Source of the DNA: Pirellulales bacterium
GTDB lineage: Bacteria > Planctomycetota > Planctomycetia > Pirellulales > JACPPG01
Assembly (NCBI GenBank): GCA_036499395.1
Contig: DASYDW010000010.1
Span: 11,668-75,667 of the forward strand
Direction: 5' to 3'
Length of the DNA stretch: 64,000 nt
A program made the translations under genes and the position numbers. Each line of letters begins with the position of its first letter. The stretch's first letter is position 1. Below, in pieces: positions 8,537-17,788 of this stretch. A model generated the notes under the pieces. The model did not search any database. It saw only the letters and a program-made list of their open reading frames with translations, and was not told the origin of the DNA.

Positions 8537-10438
8537 ATGAGTTCGCGCTGCGCATTCTCGCTGGCGTTGGCATTGTCGCTAGCCTGTTCGGGGTTATTGG
8601 CCTGCTCGGGCCTGACCTCAGCGGCCGAAAATCGAGGAGCCGAAAAGCAGTCCTCGATCGGCACAAAACTGGACAAACTCTCGCTCGACGATTTTCGTGG
8701 CAAGACCCATTCCCTGTCGGACTATGCCGACTCGAAGGTGATCGTGCTGGCCTTCCTGGGCGTCGAGTGTCCGTTGTGCAAGATGTACGCGCCCCGACTC
8801 GAACAGCTATCGAAAGAATTGGCCGGTCAGGGCGTAACGATCCTGGGCATCGATTCGAACCGTCAAGATTCGCTCTCTGAGATGGCCGCCTATGCCAGGC
8901 AGCACAACATCAGCTTTCCTCTGCTCAAAGATTTGAACAACGCCATCGCCGACAATCTCGGCGCCGAGCGCACACCCGAGGTGATCGTGCTCGATCAAAA
9001 CCGAGTGGTGCGTTATCGCGGCCGCATCGACGATCAATACGGCTTTCAATCCGGCACTGGCTATTCGCGACCCAAGGTCAGTCGCAGTGATCTTTCCGAA
9101 GCGATCAACGAGCTGCTGGCCAGCAAAGCTGTCAGCCAACCGACTTCCGATGTGGCCGGCTGCTTGATCGGCCGCGTGCGTCCTGTGAAGGAGCAAGGGA
9201 GCGTGACTTATTCCGATCAGATCGCGCGGATCTTTCAAGATCATTGCGTCGAATGCCATCGCGAGGGGCAGATCGGCCCCTTCACCCTGACCAACTACGA
9301 AGAAGCCGCCGGCTGGGCTCCAATGATCGAAGAAGTTGTCCGCGATCAGCGCATGCCTCCCTGGCACGCCGATCCGCACTTCGGTACGTTCTCGAACGAC
9401 TCGAGCCTGACCAACGAAGAGAAAGAGCAGATTTACACCTGGGTCGCCAACGGCGCGCCCGAGGGAGATCCGAAGAACCTGCCGGCGCCGCGAAAGTTCC
9501 CCGGCACCTACATGATGCCGTTCGAGCCGGACATGATCGTTCATATGGCCGACGAGGCGTACGACGTGCCCGCCGAAGGGACGGTCGAATACAAATACTT
9601 CGCCGTCGATCCCGGCTTCACCGAAGACAAATGGGTGAAGGTCGCCGAATGTCTGCCCGACAATCGCGGCATCGTGCATCACATCATTGTCTTCATCAAG
9701 CCGCCTGAGGGGACGGCCAAGGGGATCGAGGCGTTCGGCCATTTAACCGGCTATGCGCCGGGAACTCGTCCGCACGTTTTGCCCGAGGGCATGGCCAAGT
9801 TCGTGCCGGCCGGTTCAAAACTGGTTTTCCAATTGCACTACACGCCCAATGGCACACCGCAGAAGGACCGCAGCGCCGTGGCGATCAAGTTTGAGGATCC
9901 GAAAAACGTCAAATGGCGCGTCGCCACGATCGGGGCGACGAACGCGGGCTTTGCCATCCCGCCGCACGCCGATAACTACCCTGTGGAATCGGAACAAAAA
10001 TTCGGCACCGACATTCGACTCCTTTCGGTCTTCCCGCACATGCACCTGCGTGGCAAGGCATTCCACTACGAGCTTGAATACCCCGATGGCAAGCGGGAAG
10101 TGCTACTCGACGTGCCACATTACGACTTCAACTGGCAGACCAGCTTCATCTTCAAAGACATGAAGAATTTGCCGAAGGGGACGACGCTGCACTGCCTGGC
10201 GCACTTCGACAACTCGGAGCACAACCTGGCCAATCCCAATCCCGACGAGACCGTGCGGTGGGGAGATCAGACGTGGGAAGAAATGATGATCGGCTGGTAC
10301 GACATGGCCGTGCCGGTCGAAGCCTCGCTGGTGGACGCCGTACCCGAGCGTGCGAACCGCCGTCGTCGCGACGCAGGCGCCGAGCAGAATCAAGAAGCCA
10401 AGCCGGCAGCCAAGCAAGCCGACGGCGACGCGGAATAG
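8537..10438 (+). CDS. Fusion protein: thioredoxin-like (AhpC/TSA) domain + CxxCH heme-binding domain + copper type II ascorbate-dependent monooxygenase-like domain
   Basis: The ORF opens with TTG at 8522, with ATG at 8537 before a signal peptide. CPLC is at 8768..8779 and CVECH at 9245..9259. 'VHHIIVF', 'QLHY', 'FPHMHLRG' and 'EEMM' match the PHM/DBH CuH and CuM ligand pattern. Confidence 0.85.
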   Translation: MSSRCAFSLALALSLACSGLLACSGLTSAAENRGAEKQSSIGTKLDKLSLDDFRGKTHSLSDYADSKVIVLAFLGVECPLCKMYAPRLEQLSKELAGQGVTILGIDSNRQDSLSEMAAYARQHNISFPLLKDLNNAIADNLGAERTPEVIVLDQNRVVRYRGRIDDQYGFQSGTGYSRPKVSRSDLSEAINELLASKAVSQPTSDVAGCLIGRVRPVKEQGSVTYSDQIARIFQDHCVECHREGQIGPFTLTNYEEAAGWAPMIEEVVRDQRMPPWHADPHFGTFSNDSSLTNEEKEQIYTWVANGAPEGDPKNLPAPRKFPGTYMMPFEPDMIVHMADEAYDVPAEGTVEYKYFAVDPGFTEDKWVKVAECLPDNRGIVHHIIVFIKPPEGTAKGIEAFGHLTGYAPGTRPHVLPEGMAKFVPAGSKLVFQLHYTPNGTPQKDRSAVAIKFEDPKNVKWRVATIGATNAGFAIPPHADNYPVESEQKFGTDIRLLSVFPHMHLRGKAFHYELEYPDGKREVLLDVPHYDFNWQTSFIFKDMKNLPKGTTLHCLAHFDNSEHNLANPNPDETVRWGDQTWEEMMIGWYDMAVPVEASLVDAVPERANRRRRDAGAEQNQEAKPAAKQADGDAE

Positions 10439-10468
10439 CACAACTCGCGTTCGAAGACATTTGCGAAG

Positions 10469-10501
10469 AAAAGGCGGCCTAAACAGCCGCCTTTTCTTTT
10501 T
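10469..10501. terminator. Bidirectional intrinsic terminator between convergent genes
   Basis: AAAAGGCGGC-ctaaaca-GCCGCCTTTT is followed by CTTTTTT. A-runs and T-runs flank both sides. Confidence 0.7.
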
Positions 10502-10547
10502 GCGTAAGCGCCGCGTTGCAGGGAAAGCGTGGGCGACTGCGCCTGTG

Positions 10548-13541
10548 CTACGGCTGTTCGAGCAATCTGCGCTCGGGCAGCGTCAGGAACGACAATACAT
10601 CGGCCACGTCTTGCACGCTCAAGCGTTGCTCCAGCCCCTCGGGCATGAGCGACTTGCCCGAGGCCTGCAATTCTTCGATGTCCGCGCGCCTTACGACGTC
10701 GTCGGCCCCTTCGCCGCGCCGCAGCGTGACGGCCTCACCGGTATCGCTAACCAGGATGCCAGCCAGCGCCCGACCGTCGCGCGTCACCAGCGAGTAGCTC
10801 AGAAAATCGGGCGCTACCTGTCGGCTGGGGTCGAGCATATCGCCGAGCAGCGTTTCCTTCGGCCGCCCGGCAACTCCGGAAAGATCCGGCCCAACCTGGC
10901 GACCGAAGCCAAGATTCGTATGGCAGGTCGCGCAATGTTCTTTGAATAGCTTTGCGCCATGCTCACGGCTGCCAAGTAGCGAGAGCGCCGGCCGATATCG
11001 GGCCAGCACTTCGTCGCGTGGCGCCGGCGCCGCTTTCGCGAACAGCTCCGTTGCGCGGGTGGCGACGTCAGCATCTCGCGATTTCTCGTATGCCGTGCGT
11101 ACCGCGGGATCGATCTCAGCGGCGCGCACCACTTCGCGCGCCAGGGCGTCGATGAACTCCCGGCTGGCGACCGTCGACTCGACCGCCGCACTGCTGATCA
11201 TCCGGCGCCGCGCAGGAGTATACCCGGCCCAACCGTCGATCAGGTTGCGGACGGCGCTAGCGTCGCCGTGGCGGCAAATCACGGTCACCGCAGCGTCGGC
11301 CGTCGAGCCACTTTCGGCAGCCGCGGTCAAAGGAAGCAAACGATTCACCTGCTCGGCCGATCCCAAATCTCCTACGACGCGCACGGCCAATGTACGCAAA
11401 TCGGCTCGCACGCTGCTATCCAGAGCCTGTAGCACGGCCGCGTTGATCGCGTGTCCCAACCGCGAATCGGGCTTTCGGTCAGCGCTGCGCCAGGCTTGCC
11501 CTGCCCCGGCCAGGATCGCCAGCCGACCCAGGGAATTTGAATCAGCGTCGGCTGTGACCAGAAAATCGAGACATTCCGTGGCACTCTCGGTTGATGCCCA
11601 ACGCTGGCCCAGGTATTCGAGCGTCTCGACTTGCTCGGGCGTTGGCCGGCTGAGCCAGGCGGACTGCTCGCGCGCCAGTTGCAGGAGGAACGCACCAGCC
11701 ATATCGGCAGCACTCGCCGACAGAGCACGGACCACCCAGGGCGCGTCGTGCGCCTGGGCGAGCGCCATAAGCACGGGCAGTTTCTGATCGCCGGAGAACG
11801 CGCCGACCGCGCGGGCTAGTTCAAACAAAACGCCGGGATCTTTTTCGACACGCGCCAGACGACCGACGGCTTCGCGCAGTTGCGGCGATTTTGTCCACCG
11901 ATCGCCGGCCACGATCAGCGCCTGGCGACGACATTCGGCCGATGGATGATCGAAGCTGGCGAGAATCACAGCGTCATCGAGCGACTTAAGCCCGTCGAGC
12001 GTCCACAGCGCATGCGACGCAGCAAGCGCATCGTCGCCACGAGCGAGCACGAGCAGCTCGGGAACGACACTCTTATCTTCGCGCTCGACGAGCAATCGCT
12101 GCGCTGTGTCGCGCTGCCAGCCGTTCGCACGTTTCAGATGCGCGACCAACTCCGATCCAGTTGCTTTGCCTAAGGTTGGTGCGCCGATCACCGCATGATC
12201 GCGGCGACGTACCCGCCAGATGCGGCCATGACCCACGCCTTCGCGCCAGTCCACCTTGTCGCGCCATTGCCCGGTGACGAATTGCGGATGCTCTACCCAG
12301 CGGCGGTAAAAATCCGCAACGTAGAGCGCTCCGTCCGGGCCGGTGCAGGCGAACACGGGATGAAACCACGAGTCATTGCCGGCCAGGAACTCCTTTCCCT
12401 GTTCGACACGCTGCGAAACGAACGTCGGACCCTCGGGCTGCAATCGCCGGTGATGCAGCAAGCCGGAGAGGGATTCGCCGACGAACGCATCGCCGTTATA
12501 CTCTGCCCCCAACGCATCACCGCGAAAGATCGTCAGGCCCGCCAGCGCGTTGTAATGATTCGTCGATTCGCGATTGAACGTTTGCGGTCGTGCGCTGATC
12601 GGAAAGACCTCGCCCGGGTCGTTCGGCTCGGCCAGATTATGCACAGCCGTCGCAGCCAGATAAGGATTTCGCGCCACGTCCGCTTCGTCGAACATGACTT
12701 GCCGAATCGGAATGGTATTCCACGACAAGAACCGTCGGCCATCATCATCGTGCGTCTGCCCGAACTGGCTTTGCCCCATCACCGGCTCGAAACGCTGGAA
12801 ATCCCGGCTGAAGCGAAAGTCGCGCGTGCGTATCGATACGCCGCGATCGGCCGCTTCATCGGAGCGTCGGATCACACCATCGCTGCGACCGTTGGCGCCA
12901 TAGATCCAATTGTCGAGCCCCCAGCACAGTCCATTGGCACGCAGTTGCTGGTTTCCTTCTCCAAAGCCGATGAATAGGACGCGGCGTGTATCTGCCACAC
13001 CATCGCCGTCCGAATCCCGCAACAGCAACAGGTCAGGCGCCACGGTGACCAACAAGCCGGCACTGGTGCAGAGCACGCCGTTGGGAAAGTTCAGCTTGTC
13101 GGCGAAGATTGTCGAGCGTTCGTAACGCCCGTCACCGTCGGCGTCGACCAGTCGGCGAATGACGCCCGAGGTGGGTCCCACCGGATAATCACGCATCTCG
13201 GCCACAAACATCGCGCCATCGGCGTCCCAGCAGATGGCAACCGGGCTGATCACATCAGGCTCGGCCGCGACCAGGTCGATTACGAGATTCGCATCGGCCA
13301 GCACCAGCCCGGCCTGCTCTGCTTGCGGCGAGCGCGGACCGACCGGCGGCAAATCTTCGGCGGTTGCACAAGTCAGCGCCGTGCCGAGTAGTGACCCAAC
13401 TACGATCGCCCCGCCGACAAGCCTTCGCAAGGCGCGACGAGCATTAGCTGTATCGTGAGAAGCGATATTCAACACATCAACACTCCACTTCCGAAGCCTC
13501 GATCTCGCCCTGCGTCCGAACTGCTGACTACCAACTACCAA
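10548..13541 (-). CDS. PVC-type heme-binding CxxCH protein (membrane-bound dehydrogenase-like domain, HEAT repeats, C-terminal cytochrome c)
   Basis: 'LVAAEPDVISPVAICWDADGAMFVAEMRDYP' is the dehydrogenase-domain opening. A central HEAT-like helical region follows. 'LFKEHCATCH' and 'LMPEGLE' form the C-terminal c-type cytochrome. The track start is TTG at 13541, directly abutting the upstream stop. A GTG at 13475 with a GGAG Shine-Dalgarno sequence is an alternative start. Confidence 0.85.
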   Translation of the reverse strand: MVVGSQQFGRRARSRLRKWSVDVLNIASHDTANARRALRRLVGGAIVVGSLLGTALTCATAEDLPPVGPRSPQAEQAGLVLADANLVIDLVAAEPDVISPVAICWDADGAMFVAEMRDYPVGPTSGVIRRLVDADGDGRYERSTIFADKLNFPNGVLCTSAGLLVTVAPDLLLLRDSDGDGVADTRRVLFIGFGEGNQQLRANGLCWGLDNWIYGANGRSDGVIRRSDEAADRGVSIRTRDFRFSRDFQRFEPVMGQSQFGQTHDDDGRRFLSWNTIPIRQVMFDEADVARNPYLAATAVHNLAEPNDPGEVFPISARPQTFNRESTNHYNALAGLTIFRGDALGAEYNGDAFVGESLSGLLHHRRLQPEGPTFVSQRVEQGKEFLAGNDSWFHPVFACTGPDGALYVADFYRRWVEHPQFVTGQWRDKVDWREGVGHGRIWRVRRRDHAVIGAPTLGKATGSELVAHLKRANGWQRDTAQRLLVEREDKSVVPELLVLARGDDALAASHALWTLDGLKSLDDAVILASFDHPSAECRRQALIVAGDRWTKSPQLREAVGRLARVEKDPGVLFELARAVGAFSGDQKLPVLMALAQAHDAPWVVRALSASAADMAGAFLLQLAREQSAWLSRPTPEQVETLEYLGQRWASTESATECLDFLVTADADSNSLGRLAILAGAGQAWRSADRKPDSRLGHAINAAVLQALDSSVRADLRTLAVRVVGDLGSAEQVNRLLPLTAAAESGSTADAAVTVICRHGDASAVRNLIDGWAGYTPARRRMISSAAVESTVASREFIDALAREVVRAAEIDPAVRTAYEKSRDADVATRATELFAKAAPAPRDEVLARYRPALSLLGSREHGAKLFKEHCATCHTNLGFGRQVGPDLSGVAGRPKETLLGDMLDPSRQVAPDFLSYSLVTRDGRALAGILVSDTGEAVTLRRGEGADDVVRRADIEELQASGKSLMPEGLEQRLSVQDVADVLSFLTLPERRLLEQP

Positions 13542-14942
13542 CTACTGCTTACCAACCGATTGAAGCATGGCAATCACTTCGTCGGCGATCCGCTCGCCGG
13601 TGCCAGGTTCGGCATAGCTCTGATGCCCCATCCAGGTTTGATATCCACCCAGCTTGTGCCCTTCGCGGTCCGGCAGGTAGCCGATCCAGTCGTTAGCCAG
13701 TTCGGCGATGAACGTATCCTTCACTGGCGACCGCTTTTTGATATCGACCCCCAGTGAGGTGAAATACTCGGCCGGTACGCCGACTAGCGCCACGTCGCCA
13801 ATTAGCATCACCTGCAACCAGGTACGCCGCTCCTTACCTTGTTCTCCCTTCAAATCGAGCCGCTGCTGCCGAAAAATGTTGGCGATCGCATCGGCATGAT
13901 CCGGGGCCCGTTTGCGGCAGTACGACAGCACTTTTTCGTCCTCGACGGCGTCGTCGAACGTGCGCACGCGGAACTTAAACTCGCGCCGCAGCGAGGCGAG
14001 TTTCGTCACGGGCCGCGTTTCGGCCTTAGCTAGCGTGTCGTTGACGGCTTGCTCGATGCGCAACATCGCCTCGGCGGCCGGGACGCCCGCGATGTTGTGC
14101 GTCGAGCCGGATGCCCCTTCCAAAAAGCAAACCGTGGCCCCCAGCTTTTCTTCCAAATCTTGCGCCGCCAGGCCATAGAACGACGGCGAGCGGACGTTCG
14201 GCCGCACGGTACCAATCGTGTGAGTCGAGTGGCCAAAGATCAGGCCGCGTAGCTTATCCTGCGGTGCATAAAACGCCAGCAACGGCAACTGTGGATCGAA
14301 CGGCCCGGTCGGGCGCACCGCATCCTCGCGCGAGCCGATCCAATAGATCGTGTTGTCGCTCAGCAACAGCCGGCTGTTGGCGCCGATCGTATTTTCTTCG
14401 CCCATGCGAAAGGCGAACCGGCAATGATCGGCTCGATTTTTATCGGCCGTCTCAACGGCGCTAACAATGCCGTCGATCACGCTCTTTATGAATTCCGGCT
14501 CCGGGCCGTAACCATGCACGCGAACCGTGCTGGGGGCCGAATGCGTGTGCGTGGCATTGACCAGCAGATGATCGGGCGAGATGCCACACCGTTTCGAGAT
14601 TTCGCCGGCCGCGGCCTGCACCATGGCATCGGTCACAAACAGCACATCACAGGCCACGATGGCGAACTTCCCGCCAACCGGATGCTCGAGCACCACGGCC
14701 ACGGCCCGCAATTTCCCTTCTTGGCCTTGCACCTTGGCGCCGCCAATGCCGCCGGCGACGGTCATCTCGTCCGTCGCCACAAATTCCGCCGTGCCGGTGC
14801 CGACCTTCAGCGCGTTGTTGGTCGCAGGTTCAGCGTACACGTTGCCGACACAAAGCAGCGCACCCAGCAAACCCAGGGTGGCGCACGTCGAACGTAAACT
14901 GTGCCACAGTATTCCGACGTTACTCTGTTTACGTAGCATCAT
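13542..14942 (-). CDS. Neutral/alkaline ceramidase-like N-terminal domain hydrolase (secreted)
   Basis: ATG-ATG at 14942 precedes a signal peptide. 'FAIVACDVLFV...LLVNATHTHSAPS' resembles the neutral ceramidase superfamily. The family call is moderate. Confidence 0.7.
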   Translation of the reverse strand: MMLRKQSNVGILWHSLRSTCATLGLLGALLCVGNVYAEPATNNALKVGTGTAEFVATDEMTVAGGIGGAKVQGQEGKLRAVAVVLEHPVGGKFAIVACDVLFVTDAMVQAAAGEISKRCGISPDHLLVNATHTHSAPSTVRVHGYGPEPEFIKSVIDGIVSAVETADKNRADHCRFAFRMGEENTIGANSRLLLSDNTIYWIGSREDAVRPTGPFDPQLPLLAFYAPQDKLRGLIFGHSTHTIGTVRPNVRSPSFYGLAAQDLEEKLGATVCFLEGASGSTHNIAGVPAAEAMLRIEQAVNDTLAKAETRPVTKLASLRREFKFRVRTFDDAVEDEKVLSYCRKRAPDHADAIANIFRQQRLDLKGEQGKERRTWLQVMLIGDVALVGVPAEYFTSLGVDIKKRSPVKDTFIAELANDWIGYLPDREGHKLGGYQTWMGHQSYAEPGTGERIADEVIAMLQSVGKQ

Positions 14943-15141
14943 GGGCACATCACCTGTTGTCGGTCGAGGATGCGAAAATGGTTGCGTGACTGCTCGCGGC
15001 AGCGCATGCTGGCAGCGCGTCGCGCCGCCGGTGGGCATGCGACTATGATGAGCGATCGAATCGCTCACGCCAAGAGGCCAAGCCGCCGGCCCGGACCGCA
15101 TTTGTTCATCGCGCAACGGCCGACTGCAACAGGAATTCGAC

Positions 15142-16302
15142 GTGAGAAAGACAACTCGCGGGTTGCAATGCCTGCCACTAGCGCTCGTCGTGGCGCTTTC
15201 GAATTCAAATGCCGAAGCGGCCGACGAGGCCGTTTCCCCTTCGACAGCGCAGATATCGATCGACAATCCCGCTCTGCTGCTCTCTCCCTATACATGGCGC
15301 CGTGACGGGAACGGCACAACGGCGCGGGCCGAGGCCGCGATGCCCGGCGCGTACCTCAAGACCACTTTTCAGGGAACGCAGCACGTCGGCCTGTTGATCG
15401 ATGGCACGGCGAACAACGATTGCCCGGCCGCCTCGATGCCGGTCGTCGAATATTCGATTGACGAGAGAGCCTTCACGACGATTCCTCTCACACGCAGTGG
15501 CGGGATTTACACGCTGCCCTTGGCCGATGATCTCGATCCGGTGAAGGAGCATCGACTGCAAGTTTTTTTTCGCGCCGCGGATCTGACAAACAAGCGCTGG
15601 GCTTCTTCGCAGACGCACTTGCGCCTGGCCGGGCTATCGCTCGATGCTGAAGCAACACTCAAGCCGACCAAGTCACGGCCGCGCCATGCCATCGGTTTTG
15701 GCGATTCGATCGTCGAAGGGGTCGGCACCGACGGGTTGTTTACTTCATGGCAAAAGCTCGACGTGAACGACGCGCGCGGCACCTGGTTCCCCATCGTGGC
15801 CGAGGCGCTGCAGGCAGAATACGGGCAGCTTGGTTCCGGCGGACAAGGAATGACGCGCGTGATTCATCTGCCGGGGCTGGTCGATACCTGGGATCGGTAC
15901 GACGCCACGACGTCACGACTGACCGACGGGCGATTGCTGCCCGAGCCCGACTACGTTTTCTGCGCGATGGGCACCAACGACTTTGAGAAGAATATCACGG
16001 CCGACTACACGCGCTGGCTCACGGAGATGCGCAAGGCTTGCCCAAGAGCAAGGTTCTTTTGCATTGTGCCCCCGCTGGGTCTGCACCGAGAAGAAATCGC
16101 GGCGGCCGCCGCTGCGCGGCGCGAGCAACAAGACCTGCGCGTTCACCTCATCGAGGCACCCTCGCTCGCTGAGGGCTTTCGCGTCGGTCAGGGGGCGACA
16201 CAGTTGGCCTACGATGGGGTACATCCATCGCAGTACGGCCATGCTTTGTTGGCCGCTGTGATTACGGCCGAAGTGCAAAAGATCATCAGCCGCGACGACT
16301 GA
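15142..16302 (+). CDS. SGNH/GDSL-family hydrolase with an N-terminal beta-sandwich-like domain
   Basis: GTG start and a signal peptide. 'IGFGDSIVEG' (GDS block I), 'GTND' and 'DGVHPS' (block V) are present. Confidence 0.8.
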   Translation: MRKTTRGLQCLPLALVVALSNSNAEAADEAVSPSTAQISIDNPALLLSPYTWRRDGNGTTARAEAAMPGAYLKTTFQGTQHVGLLIDGTANNDCPAASMPVVEYSIDERAFTTIPLTRSGGIYTLPLADDLDPVKEHRLQVFFRAADLTNKRWASSQTHLRLAGLSLDAEATLKPTKSRPRHAIGFGDSIVEGVGTDGLFTSWQKLDVNDARGTWFPIVAEALQAEYGQLGSGGQGMTRVIHLPGLVDTWDRYDATTSRLTDGRLLPEPDYVFCAMGTNDFEKNITADYTRWLTEMRKACPRARFFCIVPPLGLHREEIAAAAAARREQQDLRVHLIEAPSLAEGFRVGQGATQLAYDGVHPSQYGHALLAAVITAEVQKIISRDD

Positions 16303-16456
16303 TCCACACGAATCGCGTGCTAGCACCGTCGCGCCGGCTGCCTGTCTTGCGTAGCTTCGCGCTTGCTTACGAACAAGCAGTTTGCTGACCATACGCCGCC
16401 CAACGGTCGCATTGACCGCGCAAAACTCTTTCCCCTAGACTTCCCCGCCGCGCGGT

Positions 16457-17788
16457 GTGTCCCTCGCCGTGCCGGCTTCTGCCACCGTCGCTCGAATTCA
16501 GTGCGGGGAAGTCTCGGTGTACGCTCGTCGACCACGCTTGGTACTTAATCTGGTGACCGCGGCGGTAATAGCTGCCGGCGTGCCACCATACTTGGCGACC
16601 GCGCGCGATGAAGACGTCTCTTCCGAATCGATAACCGATGATCAGGTAAAACCGGCCGCCGTCGCTCCCCTCACTCCTAAGGGAACCGACGCGCGCCGCG
16701 CCGAAGACGCGATTCGCGCTCTCGGCGGCCTGATCGAATGGGTTACTACGCCCGACGGCCGGCAGTTGATGGCCGTGTATTGGAAAGGTGGCGACGAGGG
16801 CCTCGAAAATCTGCAGGCTTTGCCTGACCTCCGCTGGCTCGACTTCACACGCACCAAGATCACGGACGAGGGGCTAGCCATCGTCGGGCAGCTCACGCAA
16901 CTAGAAGGATTAAAGCTCAACCAAGACCGCATCACCGACGCGGGCGCTTCGCATTTACGTTCGTTGACGTCGCTCGAAGCACTGTCACTGCTGGGAACGC
17001 ACATCACCACTGCGGGGATCGATCATCTCGCGCCGCTGTCGCACTTGCGGATTCTCAATCTCAATTGGACCGCGATCGGCAATGAGGGCTTGAAGAAAGT
17101 AGTTGCCGCACACCCGAACCTGGAAGAGCTGTTTCTCTACGACACCAAGATCACAGACGCCGGGCTGGTCTATCTCGCCCCGCTGCGTCGGTTGAAATCG
17201 CTCAAGCTGACTTGGAACGAAATCACTGACGCCGGCTTGATGCAGGTACTGAACTTGCCGCAACTGGAAATCCTGTTTCTCAATGGCACACAAGTCACGG
17301 ACGAGGGACTGAAGCTGCTGCGCGGATTGCCGCAGTTAAAGCAACTCTACCTGATCGAAACCGGCATTACCGACGCAGGCGTGCGCGAGCTGAGTAAGCT
17401 GTGGACCCTGGCCCGGCTGGATGTCTCGAACACGGCCGTCAGCGACGCCGGTGTGGCCCATCTGGCCAGCCTGACCCGACTGGAAATGCTGGTTCTGAAC
17501 AATACGGAAGTCACCAGCGAAGGGATGCAACACGTCGGACGCATCGCAAACCTAGGTTACCTGGGGCTGGCCGGAACCAAGGTCGATGATACCGGCATGC
17601 CCGCTATTGGCCGGCTGCGACAGCTGGAGGTGCTCGATCTGGACGACACGCACGTCACGGACGAAGGCTCGGTCGTGATCGACCAGATGCCACGGCTGCA
17701 CTCGCTTCGCCTGCGCAACACACAAGTCTCGGACGAGCGGATCGAAGAGCTGTCGCGCAATCGCCCCGAAATGCAGATCGTTAAATGA
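16457..17788 (+). CDS. Leucine-rich repeat protein
   Basis: About 12 tandem ~24-aa repeats of the form 'L..L..L.L..T.ITD.GL..L'. The exact start is uncertain (GTG at 16457). Confidence 0.8.
   Translation: MSLAVPASATVARIQCGEVSVYARRPRLVLNLVTAAVIAAGVPPYLATARDEDVSSESITDDQVKPAAVAPLTPKGTDARRAEDAIRALGGLIEWVTTPDGRQLMAVYWKGGDEGLENLQALPDLRWLDFTRTKITDEGLAIVGQLTQLEGLKLNQDRITDAGASHLRSLTSLEALSLLGTHITTAGIDHLAPLSHLRILNLNWTAIGNEGLKKVVAAHPNLEELFLYDTKITDAGLVYLAPLRRLKSLKLTWNEITDAGLMQVLNLPQLEILFLNGTQVTDEGLKLLRGLPQLKQLYLIETGITDAGVRELSKLWTLARLDVSNTAVSDAGVAHLASLTRLEMLVLNNTEVTSEGMQHVGRIANLGYLGLAGTKVDDTGMPAIGRLRQLEVLDLDDTHVTDEGSVVIDQMPRLHSLRLRNTQVSDERIEELSRNRPEMQIVK

Noticed and set aside
8807-9742. 311-aa minus-strand ORF
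   Set aside because: It is antisense to the Trx/cytochrome/Cu-monooxygenase fusion gene and has no motifs.
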